Source of the DNA: Octopus vulgaris
Lineage: Eukaryota
DNA: 64,000 bases
Assembly: GCA_951406725.2 (NCBI GenBank)
Contig: OX597815.1
Coordinates: forward strand, 156,674,001 to 156,738,000
Reading direction: 5' to 3'
In this document: positions 1 to 13,142 of the stretch, one piece after another
Numbering within the stretch: position 1 is the first letter of the stretch
How the letters are laid out: every line of letters starts with the position of its first letter
Translations under genes and position numbers: made by a program
The notes under the pieces: model-generated
The model's database searches: none
The model's input: the letters and a program-made list of their open reading frames with translations, nothing else
What the model was told of the DNA's origin: nothing

Positions 1-135
1 GCAAAATAGACCGATAGAATAAGTACTATGCTTACAAAGAATAAGTCCTGAGGTCGATTTGCTCGACTAAAGGCGGTGATCTAGCATGGCCGCAGTCAAA
101 TGACTGAAACAAGTAAAAGAGTAAAAGAGTAAAAT
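1..135 (+). mobile_element. 3' part of SINE family C (tail GTAAAAGA repeats)
   Basis: Near-identical to 7835-7965 and to the reverse complement of 35840-35990; ends in (GTAAAAGA)n. Confidence 0.8.
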
Positions 136-311
136 ACCAAATATATAAAAAAAAAACTATATCTAAAGATTTACAGAGATGTACCTGCATAGCAAGTGAT
201 TTGATCTGAGATCGTGTGCTGAAACGAAAACAATTGCAGCGTGGAAGGTGTTTGTAAGCCATTTAAGAAACACACAAAAGCCGTTCGATTCGCTTCAACA
301 TTTCAGTTTAA

Positions 312-362
312 TTTGTCAAAATATTTTCGTCGCTTTAAGACCGCGACCTGTTCACTGACAAA
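312..362 (-). ncRNA. Minimal hammerhead-ribozyme-like motif with G3-C8 variant core, in a probable PLE terminal repeat (~165-372)
   Basis: Minus strand reads UUUGUCA-GUGAACA-G-GUCGC(9-nt loop)GCGAC-GAAA-AUAU-UU-UGACAAA: 7-bp stem I, 5-bp stem II, palindromic AAUAUU stem III. Confidence 0.6.
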
Positions 363-399
363 AATCCGTGCAGCATCTGAGAAAGTAACAGTTAGTTCA

Positions 400-528
400 T
401 TATATATATGTACGTATGTATGTGTGTATGTATGCACGCATGTATGTATGTATGCATGTATGTATGTATGTACACCTGTGCGCCTGTGTGTATGTATGTA
501 TGTATGAATGTATGTATGTATGTATATG
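400..528. repeat. (TATG)n compound microsatellite
   Basis: Direct reading. Confidence 0.95.
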
Positions 529-1042
529 CACGCATCAGAAAATATTATTTTTTTAAGCATAGAACAATAAATATTTAAGGAAGTAAATATTCTTTCGCAA
601 ATAAAAAGCATTTGAAACCAAGTGAATGAGCCCGTAAATAGTTTAGCTGTCTCATTTTCTCTACAGCGAATTTACTTTATCAAAATGATAGTCGCTTTAC
701 GACTAATTTTAATTTTCGTTCGAATTATCTTCACTTGTGAGTTCTTTTGATACTATGTTATTCAATTAAGTAAAATTAATTTGCAATAATAATTATAAAT
801 ATCAAAACAGAAATTCTGAATCTCATAGAATATTTTCCATAAAATTTATTAATCCTTGAGAAATTTTTTTTTTTTTATCAGTCTACTTGACTTCCGTAAA
901 ATTCGTTTTCATAATGTCTTAGAAAGTCAGAAGCACTGTCAGCTGTCATTCATGATGTTAATGTTAGTCTCCAGGGTTACACGAATGTTGTTTACAGTTT
1001 GTATTGAAAGAATTTATTTCAGAATGTCATTCAGTATGTGTG

Positions 1043-1046
<4 letters not shown>

Positions 1047-1114
<68 letters not shown>

Positions 1115-1313
1115 TATATATACATATATATATAAATACATACATATATATGCATATATATATACATATATATATACACACATATATATATAATATATAT
1201 ATATATACATATATATCCATATATATACATATATATGTACTTTTAAACATCACCTATACATGTGCATATATGTGTGCCCGTGCGCGCGCGCGTGTGTGCG
1301 TGCGTGAGTTTGT

Positions 1314-1352
<39 letters not shown>

Positions 1353-1368
1353 TGTGTGTGTGTGTGTG
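1047..1368. repeat. (CT)n-(TA)n-(TG)n compound microsatellite
   Basis: Direct reading. Confidence 0.95.
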
Positions 1369-1610
1369 TCTTTTCTGTTTTCCTTCAACTGATGTAAATT
1401 TTATACAGTTTCCAAAAAGGGATACGACAAAATTAATGTAATATATGAAGTTTCCAAAAGCATGTTAATATGGCCAATAGCTAAATTTTTCAGAGTTGCA
1501 ATACAGTGGTTTCGAGCTATAAATACGTACTCTGGATTACAAGCGTTTATTGATGGAAAATATTCACTGATTTATAACTGATTTCTATAACTGGTATAAC
1601 TGATTTCTAG

Positions 1611-1817
1611 TAAAGGCCCAAGGCCATGAATTTTGCGTAGTCATGCAGTCGTTTAAATTGATTTTGTATTAGAAGGCTATTTTATTTTATCGACCATCGG
1701 AAGGACAAAGAGCAAAGTCCAACCGAGGTGGAATTAGAAGGCAGAATATGAAGGAACGTAACTATATACTGTAGTATTTTGTCCATCGCCCTATCATTTG
1801 TCAATCCAGCATCCTTA
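1611..1817 (-). mobile_element. Degraded SINE family A (tRNA head, Meta-domain-like core)
   Basis: Diverged match to the copies at 13143-13348 and 40120-40352. Confidence 0.6.
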
Positions 1818-2906
1818 TAGCAAATTTATTGGCTTGTAAGATTTGGAATATTGAATTTAACTCCTCAGCAATCCTGACGAAAGTAAATTGAAGCTGTAAT
1901 AAAGTAGAAAATAAATTCCTTACATGTCGCGTTTAACTTTGCCAGTAGATTACGGCCTGGATTATCATTACTGTTTGTAATTGATACTTTATGAGCATCG
2001 CAGCACGCACATGTAATCGCAAAGCTATCCTCAGTTCCGAAAATGCAACCAAGAAGTAGCAGATATCCTTACAGAAAGTGCTACTTGACACATTATCACG
2101 TCATCATCATAAAATCGTTAATTTTATGATATTCTAAAGAAAATAGAAAATCATTCTGAAAATATCACTTTGACCTTAAGGTGCTGTTATTTTCTTCTTG
2201 CTAAAGGTGAACGAAAGATTTAATGGAAATGTCAACTTAGTTTGTAAGGAGAGTTCCACTGTTATTGAAACGTTACACACTTTGACTATTAAAGTACATT
2301 CCTCAGTTAAACTGGAAACACATTTTTGGTCATTTATTTCTTTTTCTTTTCTTTCTTTATCGCTATCGATATTATTGTTTTGGAGATGTATACCGAAATC
2401 ATTCAGCATTGAATAAGTATATTGACATTAAAGGAAAGTGAAATACTGTAATTGGATTTATCTACTGTTAATATTATTATCGCAATTAATTTGGTAATTC
2501 CTTCAATCAAGAAATCAAAGATATTTGTTGATAATATTTACTTCGTTTTTATACTTTATCTAAACACCTTCAAATGTTATTTTTTTTTCGGACAGTCGTT
2601 ACTTACAAGAAAGTATAGCAAGCTCATTTAATTTGGAAATTCTCATTTGATTTAATTACAACAAATATTTCCCAGTAGAAATTTGCTTGATTTTAAGTTC
2701 GCATCGAAGTCGTTGAATATTCTCAATGCAGATGAAATGCAAAACTAATTTTCGTTATTTGCTTTTCAGAAAGTCTCAGTTCTTGCTTTTATTTTTTAAT
2801 TTTTTATTTTTCATTAATCCGAAACTGATGTAAAATGATTCTTTCGGGTTCATTTGCATGTCACTTATTTTCCGGATGATTACCAATGTTTTATATTAGA
2901 AAACAT

Positions 2907-3146
2907 TAAGGCCAATCGATTGTCAGAATCGTTAGTGCCGGAAAAAATATTTGCTGCCATTTTCGGTAGTTTAGAATTGAGTTCAAACCCCACAGAGGTT
3001 AACATTGATTTTCCTTTCTTCATTCTTCCGAGGTCAATAAATCAAAATACCAGTCGATACGATCGATCCCGATCAAACTGGGATTGGTTGTATCGATTAA
3101 CTTTTTCCGCAAAAGTTGCTGGCCTTGTGCCTAAATCAGAAAAACT
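2907..3146 (+). mobile_element. SINE family A copy
   Basis: B-box GAGTTCAAACCC; core ...TTTCTTCATTCTTCCGAGGTCAATAAA...; tail GCTGGCCTTGTGCCTAAATCAGAAA. Confidence 0.7.
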
Positions 3147-3363
3147 ATTAACAAAATGTTTCACTTCAAATTACAGTTTATTCAGCTCGTTCGGTCGTCG
3201 CTGTATTTCCTCGCCGCCTCAAACGTCCAACGTGCCGTGTTGTCCGCCGGCCCGTTTTGGCGTCGGAATGTCGCACGAGTTTGTGACGATGAGAAACCGC
3301 ACACACATTTACATATATATACATATATATATATATATGTGTGTGTGTATGTATGTATGTATG

Positions 3364-3402
<39 letters not shown>

Positions 3403-3511
3403 ATGATTATTTGGTACTATTTGTATTTCTCTCACTCAGAGATTTAAAATAAGTTGTTTCTCTCCCTCTCCTCCTCCTCTCTCTCTCTCTATATATATAT
3501 GTATATGTATA

Positions 3512-3558
<47 letters not shown>

Positions 3559-3564
3559 ACACAT

Positions 3565-3712
3565 ACGAAGGGTTTCCACACAGTTTCCTTTACCAAATTT
3601 ACTCACTAGGTATTGGTCGGTCCAGCACAATAGCAGAAACATGTACCCAAGTTGCTGCACCATGGAACTGAGCCGAACCTACGTGTATGTGAAATGAAAG
3701 TATTGACCAAAC
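3565..3712 (-). mobile_element. SINE family C 5' part, degraded
   Basis: Similar to 12070-12225 and 36110-36165. Confidence 0.55.
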
Positions 3713-4710
3713 AATGATGTATATAGTTGTTTTTACTAGATGTTAAAAAGAAATACATTGATAAATGTGGTAGGATTGTATCACAGAAAATAAGAACACC
3801 AAAACTCCATATTGATAGTATTTTGTCCAGAAAATATTGTTAGCATTTTGTTCCGAAAAATATCGGAAAATTTATATTTTCAGATCCTTCACGTAGGTTC
3901 GACTCAATCTCATGGTGCGTCACCTTGGTTAAAGATATATATTCAAAGGAACAGTTTGCTAATCTCCTTTTCTGACCAGAAAGGAGTGGGAAACTGATTT
4001 GATTTATTAAATTTCATTTCATTTCAGGCCTTAATTATATATTATGAAATTACTTTGATCAGTAATAGTACGTATAAGAACTAAAATATAGTTATTCAAG
4101 TCTCGGAACAGTAATTTATACCTTTCTAAAGTACAGAGATGAAATTAGCTCAATGTCGGATTCAGGTTGTATATCTAGGAATGTTTCATTTGATATAATT
4201 TTGACATTTTGCTGCATGCCATTAAAATGAAGTTATTCTCATTTGCATTAATTGTTTAATTGACTACGGTGTTGGTTTTACGTAGAACATTACTAAATGT
4301 CTCTTACATCTTTTTCAACACCGCATCAGGAAATTTTAGTTTTATTACTAATGACATTAATTATGTACGTATTGCCAATTACTACTTCTTTTAATTTTAT
4401 TAACTTAAAGATGAAGCTGTAAAGGCTTCATTCTTTTTAACCTGTTAAAGTAGGTAGCCTATGGCTGAATAAAGATCGATACTCGTTCAATCTTTGAAGT
4501 GAAGAAGTACAAGTCATTATATGCATTTGATTTTGGTTACACTCAGTTTTACATTTTTTTTTTTTTGTTTTCATTATAATTTACACAATAAAAAAATAAT
4601 TTCTCTCTGTTTGCATAAAAGTAAAAGAAAACGCAATATTTCATTCCGAAATAAAAGTATTTTAAAAAATCAAATAACTATCAACTAGATTATGGTTAAG
4701 AAATAGCAGT

Positions 4711-4885
4711 TTACTCAAAGTAGCCGCTCTCAGCTTCCACCAAGGCCTGAAGACGACTCTAGAACCTGGTGCATCTTCGAAAACCTCCTTGATCTTAGCC
4801 ACCAGCTCAGACTTGCTGTTGCAGGCGAGTCGGTTGGTGTTAGTCTGAACCGTACTTTACACATAATAATTCAGAGATTAAAGTG
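4711..4885 (-). mobile_element. Tc1/mariner DD37D (maT-like) transposase C-terminal remnant
   Basis: Minus-strand translation approximately LNYYV*STVQTNTNRLACNSKSELVAKIKEVFE...SRLQALVEAESGYFE*, the typical C-terminus of this family. Confidence 0.65.
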
Positions 4886-5132
4886 CCGGCTACGTATTAA
4901 CTATGACTCTCAGGAGGTAAGGCAATAATTCGATTCCTACTATTACGCATATAGCGTTCCAACAGTAGCCCTCTCTAGCCTTAGATTGACCACAGAGTCC
5001 AGTAGTTCCACATAGCCGAAGAAATCAGTTGGATGAATTCCGGTGTACGGACGCAGTGTTCTTTCGCGCTGACAACCACATAGACACCTAATTTGCGACA
5101 GCATAGTAAATGCTAAAGCATCATACACGCTT

Positions 5133-5205
<73 letters not shown>

Positions 5206-5207
<2 letters not shown>

Positions 5208-7615
5208 ATTGACCCTCCCATCAGTCATCAGGGTCACACAGCAGGAAGCACCACCCCTTCCTTTCACTGCCCCAGCAGCTCAATCCTCATCACTGTCAAC
5301 ATCATCTCCTCTGCTTACTACTACTAGTACTACACCCACTATCAATCCACAAACATCTGTGTCTACCGCTATCTCATGGAATCCACCTCCTCAATCATCA
5401 TCACTGTCAACATCTATTCTGCCTACTACTACTACTACTAATGCTATCTCAAGGAGTCTACCTCCTACAGGTCACAAAGGTCGCCAAAACCTCAACAAAC
5501 TATCATCTACACCTCTCACAACTCACACACGCACCTACACACCCACTCGAAACCCCATCATTTGCCGATATTCTCTTCGCCATAGATTATGCACTGATAG
5601 AGACTGCACATTCACCCATTTACCTGGAACAAAACGCTCTATCCCACAAACTACAACAGCCACCACCATAATACATACTCTATTACAACACCACCACAAC
5701 CACCAATATCTCAAACAAGGAATTCCCAAATCTGCCGCTATTCCCAGCGAGACAGATTGTGTTTGCACAGGGATTGCCCCTTTACCCATCTCCCGGAGAC
5801 TCGTCGGACAAATGATAATATAAATAAAAATGAAAGCAAAAAAACCTACGACTCATATAGAAATAACCACTATTATAAAAATAACCACAACCACAGTCAC
5901 CTACAGTTCCCTAGACAGGAAACTTCTTCCCCTTTTATATATATATATATATATATATATGATTGACCCCCCAGTCATCAGGGTCACACAGCAGGAAGCA
6001 CTACCCCTTCCTTTCACTGCCCCAGCAGCTCAATCATCATCACTGTCAACATCATCTCCTCTGCTTACTACTACTAGTGCTACACCCACTATCAATCCAC
6101 AAACATCTTTGTCTACCGCTATCTCATGGAATCCACCTCCTCAAACATCATTACATTATAGCTAATATAATGAATCTAGCAAAAGAACTGAAAAAAACAT
6201 CCAAGCTATCACCCACCACCATCCACCACTATCACCCCACTGCACATGCCATTAAAAAGCAAACAAATAAGCAAAACACCAAAACAATTAAAACCATCCA
6301 CTCTCGTTTCAACATTTTTGCTTAAAAAATATGAAGGCCGACCTAAGCCAAGAGATCCAACGAGCTATCAGCAACCACCTATGCAAATCACAAGGACCAC
6401 ACACCCACTACCAACAAGAAAATCATACACACACAGCTCCATACAAGAACTACCCACATTGCTACCACTGAACAACATAAAACATAACTTAGAACAATGC
6501 AAACATCAAACTTCCTTTACCTCGACATTCCTGTTAAATGTATGTGGCATCAACCCATCAATTATTGCCCAAAACTGCAAGATCCCATATATAGAGAGTT
6601 GGCTTGCCGAAACGGCACATTGATTCCCTTTCTTTATTCTTACCGAGACTCACCTGAACAACACCCATATGGACGCCGAGGTGAAAATAAAAGATTTCAC
6701 CATTGTTCGTGCGGATCGCACAGACCGAAATAAGGGAGGGACAACCATCTTTATCCATGACTCCTTTTCACTTGATGCCAAGGACATATTTTCCAATGGC
6801 TATTGTAAATCTGTATCACTATTCAACAAGGCCAAGGACATAATCATTGTTGGTCTTTACAGGCCTCCCCAAGCACCTCTAAAGTGCTTTGAAGAGTGCC
6901 TTAGCAAAGTCAAGTCCTTCCTTCGGAAGTACCACTCCGGAAACATACTAATGATGGGTGATTTTAACCTCCCTCATGTGAACTGGCCCACAAATATTCT
7001 GAAGTTAGGCAAATGCTCTACATCAGATAGAGCAGCAGCAGAACTGCTCTTTAATCTAATGGATGAATACTTCCTGACTCAGCTAGTGCTCGAACCAACG
7101 AGACAGAATAAAACGATCTTGGATCTGGTATTGACTAATCACTCTAGTTTCGTTCACAGTATTTCAGTTGAAAAAACTCTCCTCTCAGACCACGACATGG
7201 TACTCTGCAATTTTAATACTACTCTGCTGTAGGCCCTGATAGATTCCCCGCTAGTCTCCAGAAGGAATGTAGACACCAACTTGCAGTCCCTCTGACCAAC
7301 CTCTGGAGAAATTCGTTAGACGCAGGTTATATACCGAAACAGTTTCTATCCCAGTCAGTCATCCCGGTTTTCAAACAGGGAAACAGATCCCTCGCACTGA
7401 ACTATTTACCCAATCTCACTCACCTCCCACATCATTAAAGTGTTTGAAAGAGTGTTAAGATCAAGGATAGCTGACTTCCTGGAGACCAACAAATTCCTAA
7501 ATGCAAATCAGCATGGCTTTCGCTGTGGCAGGGACTGTCTAACACAGCTCTTACACCATATTGAAGATGTACTCAAAGCCTTGGGAACAGGTTCGAACTC
7601 TGATGTCATATATCT
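5206..7615 (+). mobile_element. CR1/L2/Jockey-group LINE remnant: duplicated 5' region, ORF1 with two CCCH fingers, APE endonuclease, N-terminal RT fragment
   Basis: APE motifs LTETHL, RADR..NKGG, GLYRPP, GDFNLP, EPTR..LDLVLTN, SDH; RT motifs PISLTSHIIKVFER, NQHGFR.GR.CLTQL; internal deletion near 7225; truncated at (TA)-rich sequence. Confidence 0.9.
6669..7232 (+). pseudogene. LINE ORF2 apurinic-type endonuclease domain (broken; begins ~6525 in another frame)
   Basis: ORF track protein with GDFN and SDH catalytic motifs. Confidence 0.9.
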
Positions 7616-7744
7616 TATATACATACATATATACGACGGGTTTCTTTCAGTTTCCGTGCAATGGCCATACTCGATAACGAGGGGCAGCCACCATGTATGT
7701 ATGTATGTATGTATGTATGTATGTATGTATGTATGTATGTATAT

Positions 7745-7965
7745 ATGTGTGTGTGTTTGTGTGTCTATGCTTGTCTCCCACCATCGTTTGACAACCAATG
7801 TTGGTGTGTTTACGTCCCCGCAACTTAGCGATTCGGCAAAAGAGATCGATAGAATAAGTACTAGGCTTACAAAGAATAAGTCCTGGGGTCGATTTGCTCG
7901 ACTAAAGGCGGTGCTCCAGTATGGCCGTACTCAAATGAATGATACAAATAAAAGAGTAAAAGAGT
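7745..7965 (+). mobile_element. SINE family C 3' half following an internal (TATG)n tract
   Basis: Matches 1-135 and the reverse complement of 35840-36060. Confidence 0.8.
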
Positions 7966-8094
7966 ATATAATTTAAAAATACAAATGAAAATAGTATTTA
8001 AATAGTATTTAAATATAAATAAAATAAGATATAAAAAAAGTAAATATCTATACATATGAAAATATATAAAATGATATATACACATTTACACATA

Positions 8095-9150
8095 TTTGTT
8101 GGCTAACCGTTGACTACTCATGAGTTCCTGCGTATTTTGACAAGTCTTATTTTTCGTCGCACAGGGAGTCCAACCATTACCCTGCTCAGCAAGCAAGCCC
8201 GGTGAGATTGCCAGTTTAGTCGCCGACTACCCGATCATGAAAACAATTTGTACTGGATTATATGTTGCCAATAACACTCAAGAGTGATTTGAAAATTATT
8301 CATCTGCACAGGTACTTCTTGTATACTAAATCTTAGTAAAATCATCGAATTGGTTGGCAGAACCCTAAAAATAAATGTGCAGCTTACTCTGAAATGTCTT
8401 AAACATATTCAGCAAAGAGCAAAAAAAAAAAATATTTTTGGAATGTCAGGGTAACAGGTCTGGCTCGGCAGGTGTCCCAGTCTTTCACAGGCTTGGGTCC
8501 GGTTGTTATCCTGCCACTGTAGCCAAACAATCTTAAAGAAGAAGAAAAAACATCCTCTGAAACTTGGATGTTAGAATGTCTGCAGACGTTTTGATGATAA
8601 TTTCAACAAGATGCGAGAGGCTTACTGCACTTATTGCATGTAAGCTCAAAAAATATTCCCTTGATATACTTGCGCTCTCTGAAATTCGCATCTCCGGTGA
8701 GGGTCAAATAAATGAACATACTAAGGGATATAGTATTTCTCGGAGAGGCCTACATGAGGGTCATCATAGAAAATCTGGTGTTGGGTTTGCTTTCAAGTAT
8801 TCGTTGGTATCCTCCGTTGCAGAAATTCCAAGTGGTATATCCGAAAGAACCATGTCATGTCGTATAAAACGAACCTCTACCAACTACTCGGCCTATATAT
8901 CTGTGCACACCTTTCAATACCGTGTATGCTATAAGGTCTGCGAATCTGACACAGGTTTCACAAGACATTTTATGATATACAAAGATCAGAACTTAACTGC
9001 AGCTCATGGTGGTCCAAATCAGATATGCAATCTATGTAGATGTCTTTTCAATATATTGTGTGGTTTAAAAAGCCACATCAAATGCCATGATGGATTTAAG
9101 GTGTAAATACAAGAGGTGGTCAAACTCTGCATAAGAAGTAGACAACCACC
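8095..9150 (+). mobile_element. Internally deleted RTE-clade LINE: endonuclease N-terminus fused to C-terminal C2H2 fingers
   Basis: ERLTALIA..L.KY.LDILALSE.R..GEGQI.E...GY, SGVGFA, ISER.M (RTE endonuclease), followed directly by C..C...GFTRH and CNLC...GLKSHIKCH. Confidence 0.8.
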
Positions 9151-10959
9151 ATATATTAAATCTTGCATAAAATTTACATGATCATCTCTTACCATAGGGC
9201 TTTTGTGTAGGAAAAAGAAGAGAATTTTCTTTATCAAAAAATAAAGTGAAGTGAAAATCTTTTTATCATAGGTTTGCTGAGTAATGGCCGACCTAAGCAT
9301 CTATGTTTCAAGAATGTTTCCGGCTTAAAAGGGAAAAATTCTGTGACTTTCTATCATTACGTATTTATTTACTTTCGCGTCTTCGTGTATTTCTCAATTC
9401 ATCCACCCCCTTATTTTCATGCAAAGTTATTCGTAAGTAATCATTTCAAGTACCCGATTCCAGTAAATAATCTCGCTATGTATCAAAGTTCACGTCACTA
9501 GCAATGCACTAGCTGAAGCTAACACGTAAGTGCTATTGACAAGAATCACAATCATTATTTTTAAGGGACGTATTCAATCAACTGAATCAATACAAATACC
9601 GAATGAAAGACTATGTTGTTCACTGTAGATATGCAAATTCAGGAATTACGTAACGTATTCCATCATATTTTATATTTTCCACCCACTTACTAGACCCGAT
9701 ATAGTAGACAATAATATACTGAAATTCTTCTATCTTCTACAACCAGTAAGTAATGACACATTTTAAAAATAACCATTGAAGACTCACAAAAACACCTGAT
9801 TTTATGACAGGCGAGTGAATCATAAGAGCGAATAGTGGAATGAATATATAGTAACTAAAGAAAAAAACAAACGAAGATCTGGCTGATGAAACACTACTAA
9901 ATTATCATGAACGATGAAATGAGTTGTGATATAAATCTGTTTCAGTTTAAAACCGGATCATTATTGTGTAGTCGGTTTTTCAGATGTTTACTTCTCATTC
10001 TGAGATATACACCACTATACTGCGATGTCTATTATATGTGTATGCCTTTCTCAACGTCATTAGCGATGTACGTTATATGTGAAACAATATCAACGGAGAT
10101 GTGGATTCGCGAAAAAATTTTCGGCTTACTGGGAGTTTGACACCTGCTCTTTGGCAATAGTTGCACATAGAAAAAATATCGATTTCTCACAATAGCACGA
10201 AACAGGAAATAATACATGCTAAATTAGACAACGTTACTTACATGTTTAACAACAACTGTTTAGTTACATATCTGTTAATACAATTTCAATTGAAAGCAGT
10301 TACGCTGAAAAACTTGTTCTTATTTGTTGTAACCATGGGGTATACTACGGCCGAGGTTATTACCGAATTTATTGTCATGAAGTTTAATCAATTAAAAGCT
10401 ATTTTGTTTCGTTTAATTTCTAGTAGTTTCCTTTTGAATAGATTCATTAAAACTTATATAAGGAAATGTTTCTTTTATTTTCAGCAAGTTGTTTTGATTC
10501 AAATACAGAGATGGATAGACGGTAACACCGAAATCAATTCAACATAATTCCTCGTGGATTTAATTTCAGAATTTTATATTGCGGTTCATAGAAGTAAAGG
10601 CTGTTTATATTACGCTTCTATCAAATACGTTTTCCAGTCTAAATTTCAATATATCTCTCTCTCACAATGGCAACAACCCTATCGCTGGCTATAGAGGAAG
10701 TCATACATGGATGTGGTCGTACAATGTATTAAAAATTGCTAATAAATGCACTTTTAATCTTAGCCTACCGTTTGAAAAAGAAACATTTTGGTTTATGTAA
10801 ATTAACGTATACTATGACAAAATAAAAATCGATTGTCATGGCTGGAACGGCTTGAATTAGATGTCTCATCGATAAGTACTTACCTGAGTTAAAACAACAG
10901 TAATTCTAATTTAGGCACATAAACAAAAGATGAAGTGTTAGTCCAGACTATTGATCACG

Positions 10960-11520
10960 GTATGTACTTTATTTTATCAATGCCGATTAGATAAAACGTA
11001 AAGTTGACATCGGAAGGATTTGAACTTCAGATGTTAAAACCAGGACAAAGACCACGATGTGTTTTACTGACACTTTAGCTATTCTGCCAACTCACTGGCC
11101 TACAGCAGAAACAATGATTGTATCTAAAAAAAGGCAGATGCCTGAAATTTTCCAGAGAGATGTTAGTCAATTAAATCAATTTCAGTACTTAACTGGTATT
11201 TTATTTTGTCGACCCTGGAAGAATTTTGGGGATTGGGCGTATTTGAACTCAGAACGCAAAGATACGAGAGTGCAGAATACTTTTGAGGCCCTCTAGCGAC
11301 CCTTGCCAGCCGACCGCCCTAAAACAATAATAATTGCTTTGAATTTAAACACAAGGCCAACAATTTTGAGGAGAACGGAATTAGTTGATACCATCGCCCA
11401 ACCCCCACCCGATACTTTGTGCTGCTGCCTCTGAAGGGAAAAAAAAGAAAGCTAACTTCGGCGGTATTCGACCTGAGAATGTAAAAATAAGCTGCAACAC
11501 ATAACACAAGGCATTTCTGC
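10960..11520 (-). mobile_element. Three tandem degraded SINE family A copies
   Basis: Repeated TTTGAACT(C)AG B-box complement and core at ~11020, ~11245 and ~11470. Confidence 0.6.
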
Positions 11521-11879
11521 CTCCACCCCGCTGCTAAGGATTTTGTCTATCCGCCACCTTGAAATAACAATAACAATAACACTGGCAATAAGCTGTCCTT
11601 TCAATACTGAGTTTATCTACTATGGATTGAGACATTAAATTTAAGAAGCAGGAAAAGAAACCACCTATTATTGACATTGCTGCCTCAATTTTAGTCTCTA
11701 ACATCGGTTTATAGTGAAAACTAGTCAACAAGGAAACCTGTGTGCTGTTGCTCGACATTCAAAAATGACTAGGTGCCAAATATGATAAAACTTATACATT
11801 TATATCTCAGAAAAAAGGGAACGTGAAATTATGCAGTCGTACTGGAATAATTTAGTCATATCCATTTCGTTTTCATCCG

Positions 11880-12225
11880 CTTTTTACTGGTTTTAGTCGT
11901 TCAAACAAATCGACTTCAGTTCTCATTTTCAAAGTTTGGGACTCAGTCTATCGACATCTTTTGCAGAACAACTAAGTACGAGGACGTAAACAAACACTGG
12001 TTGTCAAGCAGGGTTAAGGACACACGCACACACGCATACACACACGCGCGCACACACACACACACATATACGACGGACTTCTTTCAGTTCCGGTCTACCA
12101 AATCTACTCACAATGTTTTGGTCAGCCCGAGGCTATAGTAGGAGACACTTGGCCAAAGTGCCACGCAGAGGAACTGAACTCGGAATCATGCGATTGGGAA
12201 GCAGACTTCTTATTACGCAGCCATT
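11880..12225 (-). mobile_element. SINE family C with internal (CA)n
   Basis: Matches 35840-36165. Confidence 0.7.
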
Positions 12226-12714
12226 CCACTTACATGGGTTTGGACGGACCGGGGGCTATAGTAGAAGGCATTTGACGAAGGAGTGCCAAAATGGAACCCG
12301 ACACATGACTTAATCGTTAGAATGCAAGCTTGTTACCCACTCAGTAACATATAAATGTATATAACTGAATGAGGCTAAACAACAACGTACAGTGTAGTAT
12401 GTTAGACTAGCAAGAGTTAAGTGCTTTTCCATCTTATCTCAAAGGTGATAAAAGAATCACTGATACCGAGCTTGTTGTTCCATACAACATTGAAATAAAC
12501 TACTTTTGACGAAACCTCTACATGGTGTCTCGGGCTGCTAGAAATAACAGTAACATACAATTTCTCTTTTACCTAATCATCACTAGAAAAGGGAAGGGCT
12601 GATTATATATTGGATAGCGTATTTAGGAGACATTATACTCGAGAGGAAAAACAAAATCAAATGCTCAAAGCTCAACTGCTATTTATCTGATTCTTCATGT
12701 GTTGTGTGACGCTG

Positions 12715-12905
12715 GGAAAATTGTAGTTTCGATTCCTGAACTGGGCGCCGCGTTGCGTTCTTGAGCAAAACACTTCATTTCACGTTGCCCCCACTCAACT
12801 CAGCTGGCAAAATGAGTAACCGGTGTCCCGTCCAGGTGAGGAATATATGCACGATGGAAACCGTGATAGCGACCCTATTAGTCCATATGACTCGGAAAGG
12901 AACTC
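12715..12905 (+). mobile_element. SINE family B (tRNA head plus CORE-like domain), degraded
   Basis: GTTTCGATTCC B-box; TTGAGCAAAACACTTCATTTCACGTTGC...CAGCTGGCAAAATGAGT. Confidence 0.7.
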
Positions 12906-13142
12906 AGATTGTTCTATGTCTTCAAAAAAAAAAAAAGAGAAGTACTCATAAATTCTGCAGGGCTCTCGAAACAGAATTGAGGAAGGAGACTTATCGCTTC
13001 ACAAAAAAGGGAAGGACACATTGCATGCAGTGTCCTTCAAATTCTCTATCAAGCCATAGATATATTACAACTGGAATGTCCTGGAACACAGGTCTCCATC
13101 AGGGCTGGCCAGAGATTATAATGACTAATTACTTTAAATATT

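Noticed and set aside
5209-5823. Mucin-like Ser/Thr/Pro-rich host protein
   Set aside because: It is duplicated, TA-flanked and contiguous with LINE ORF2, so it is better explained as retroelement ORF1
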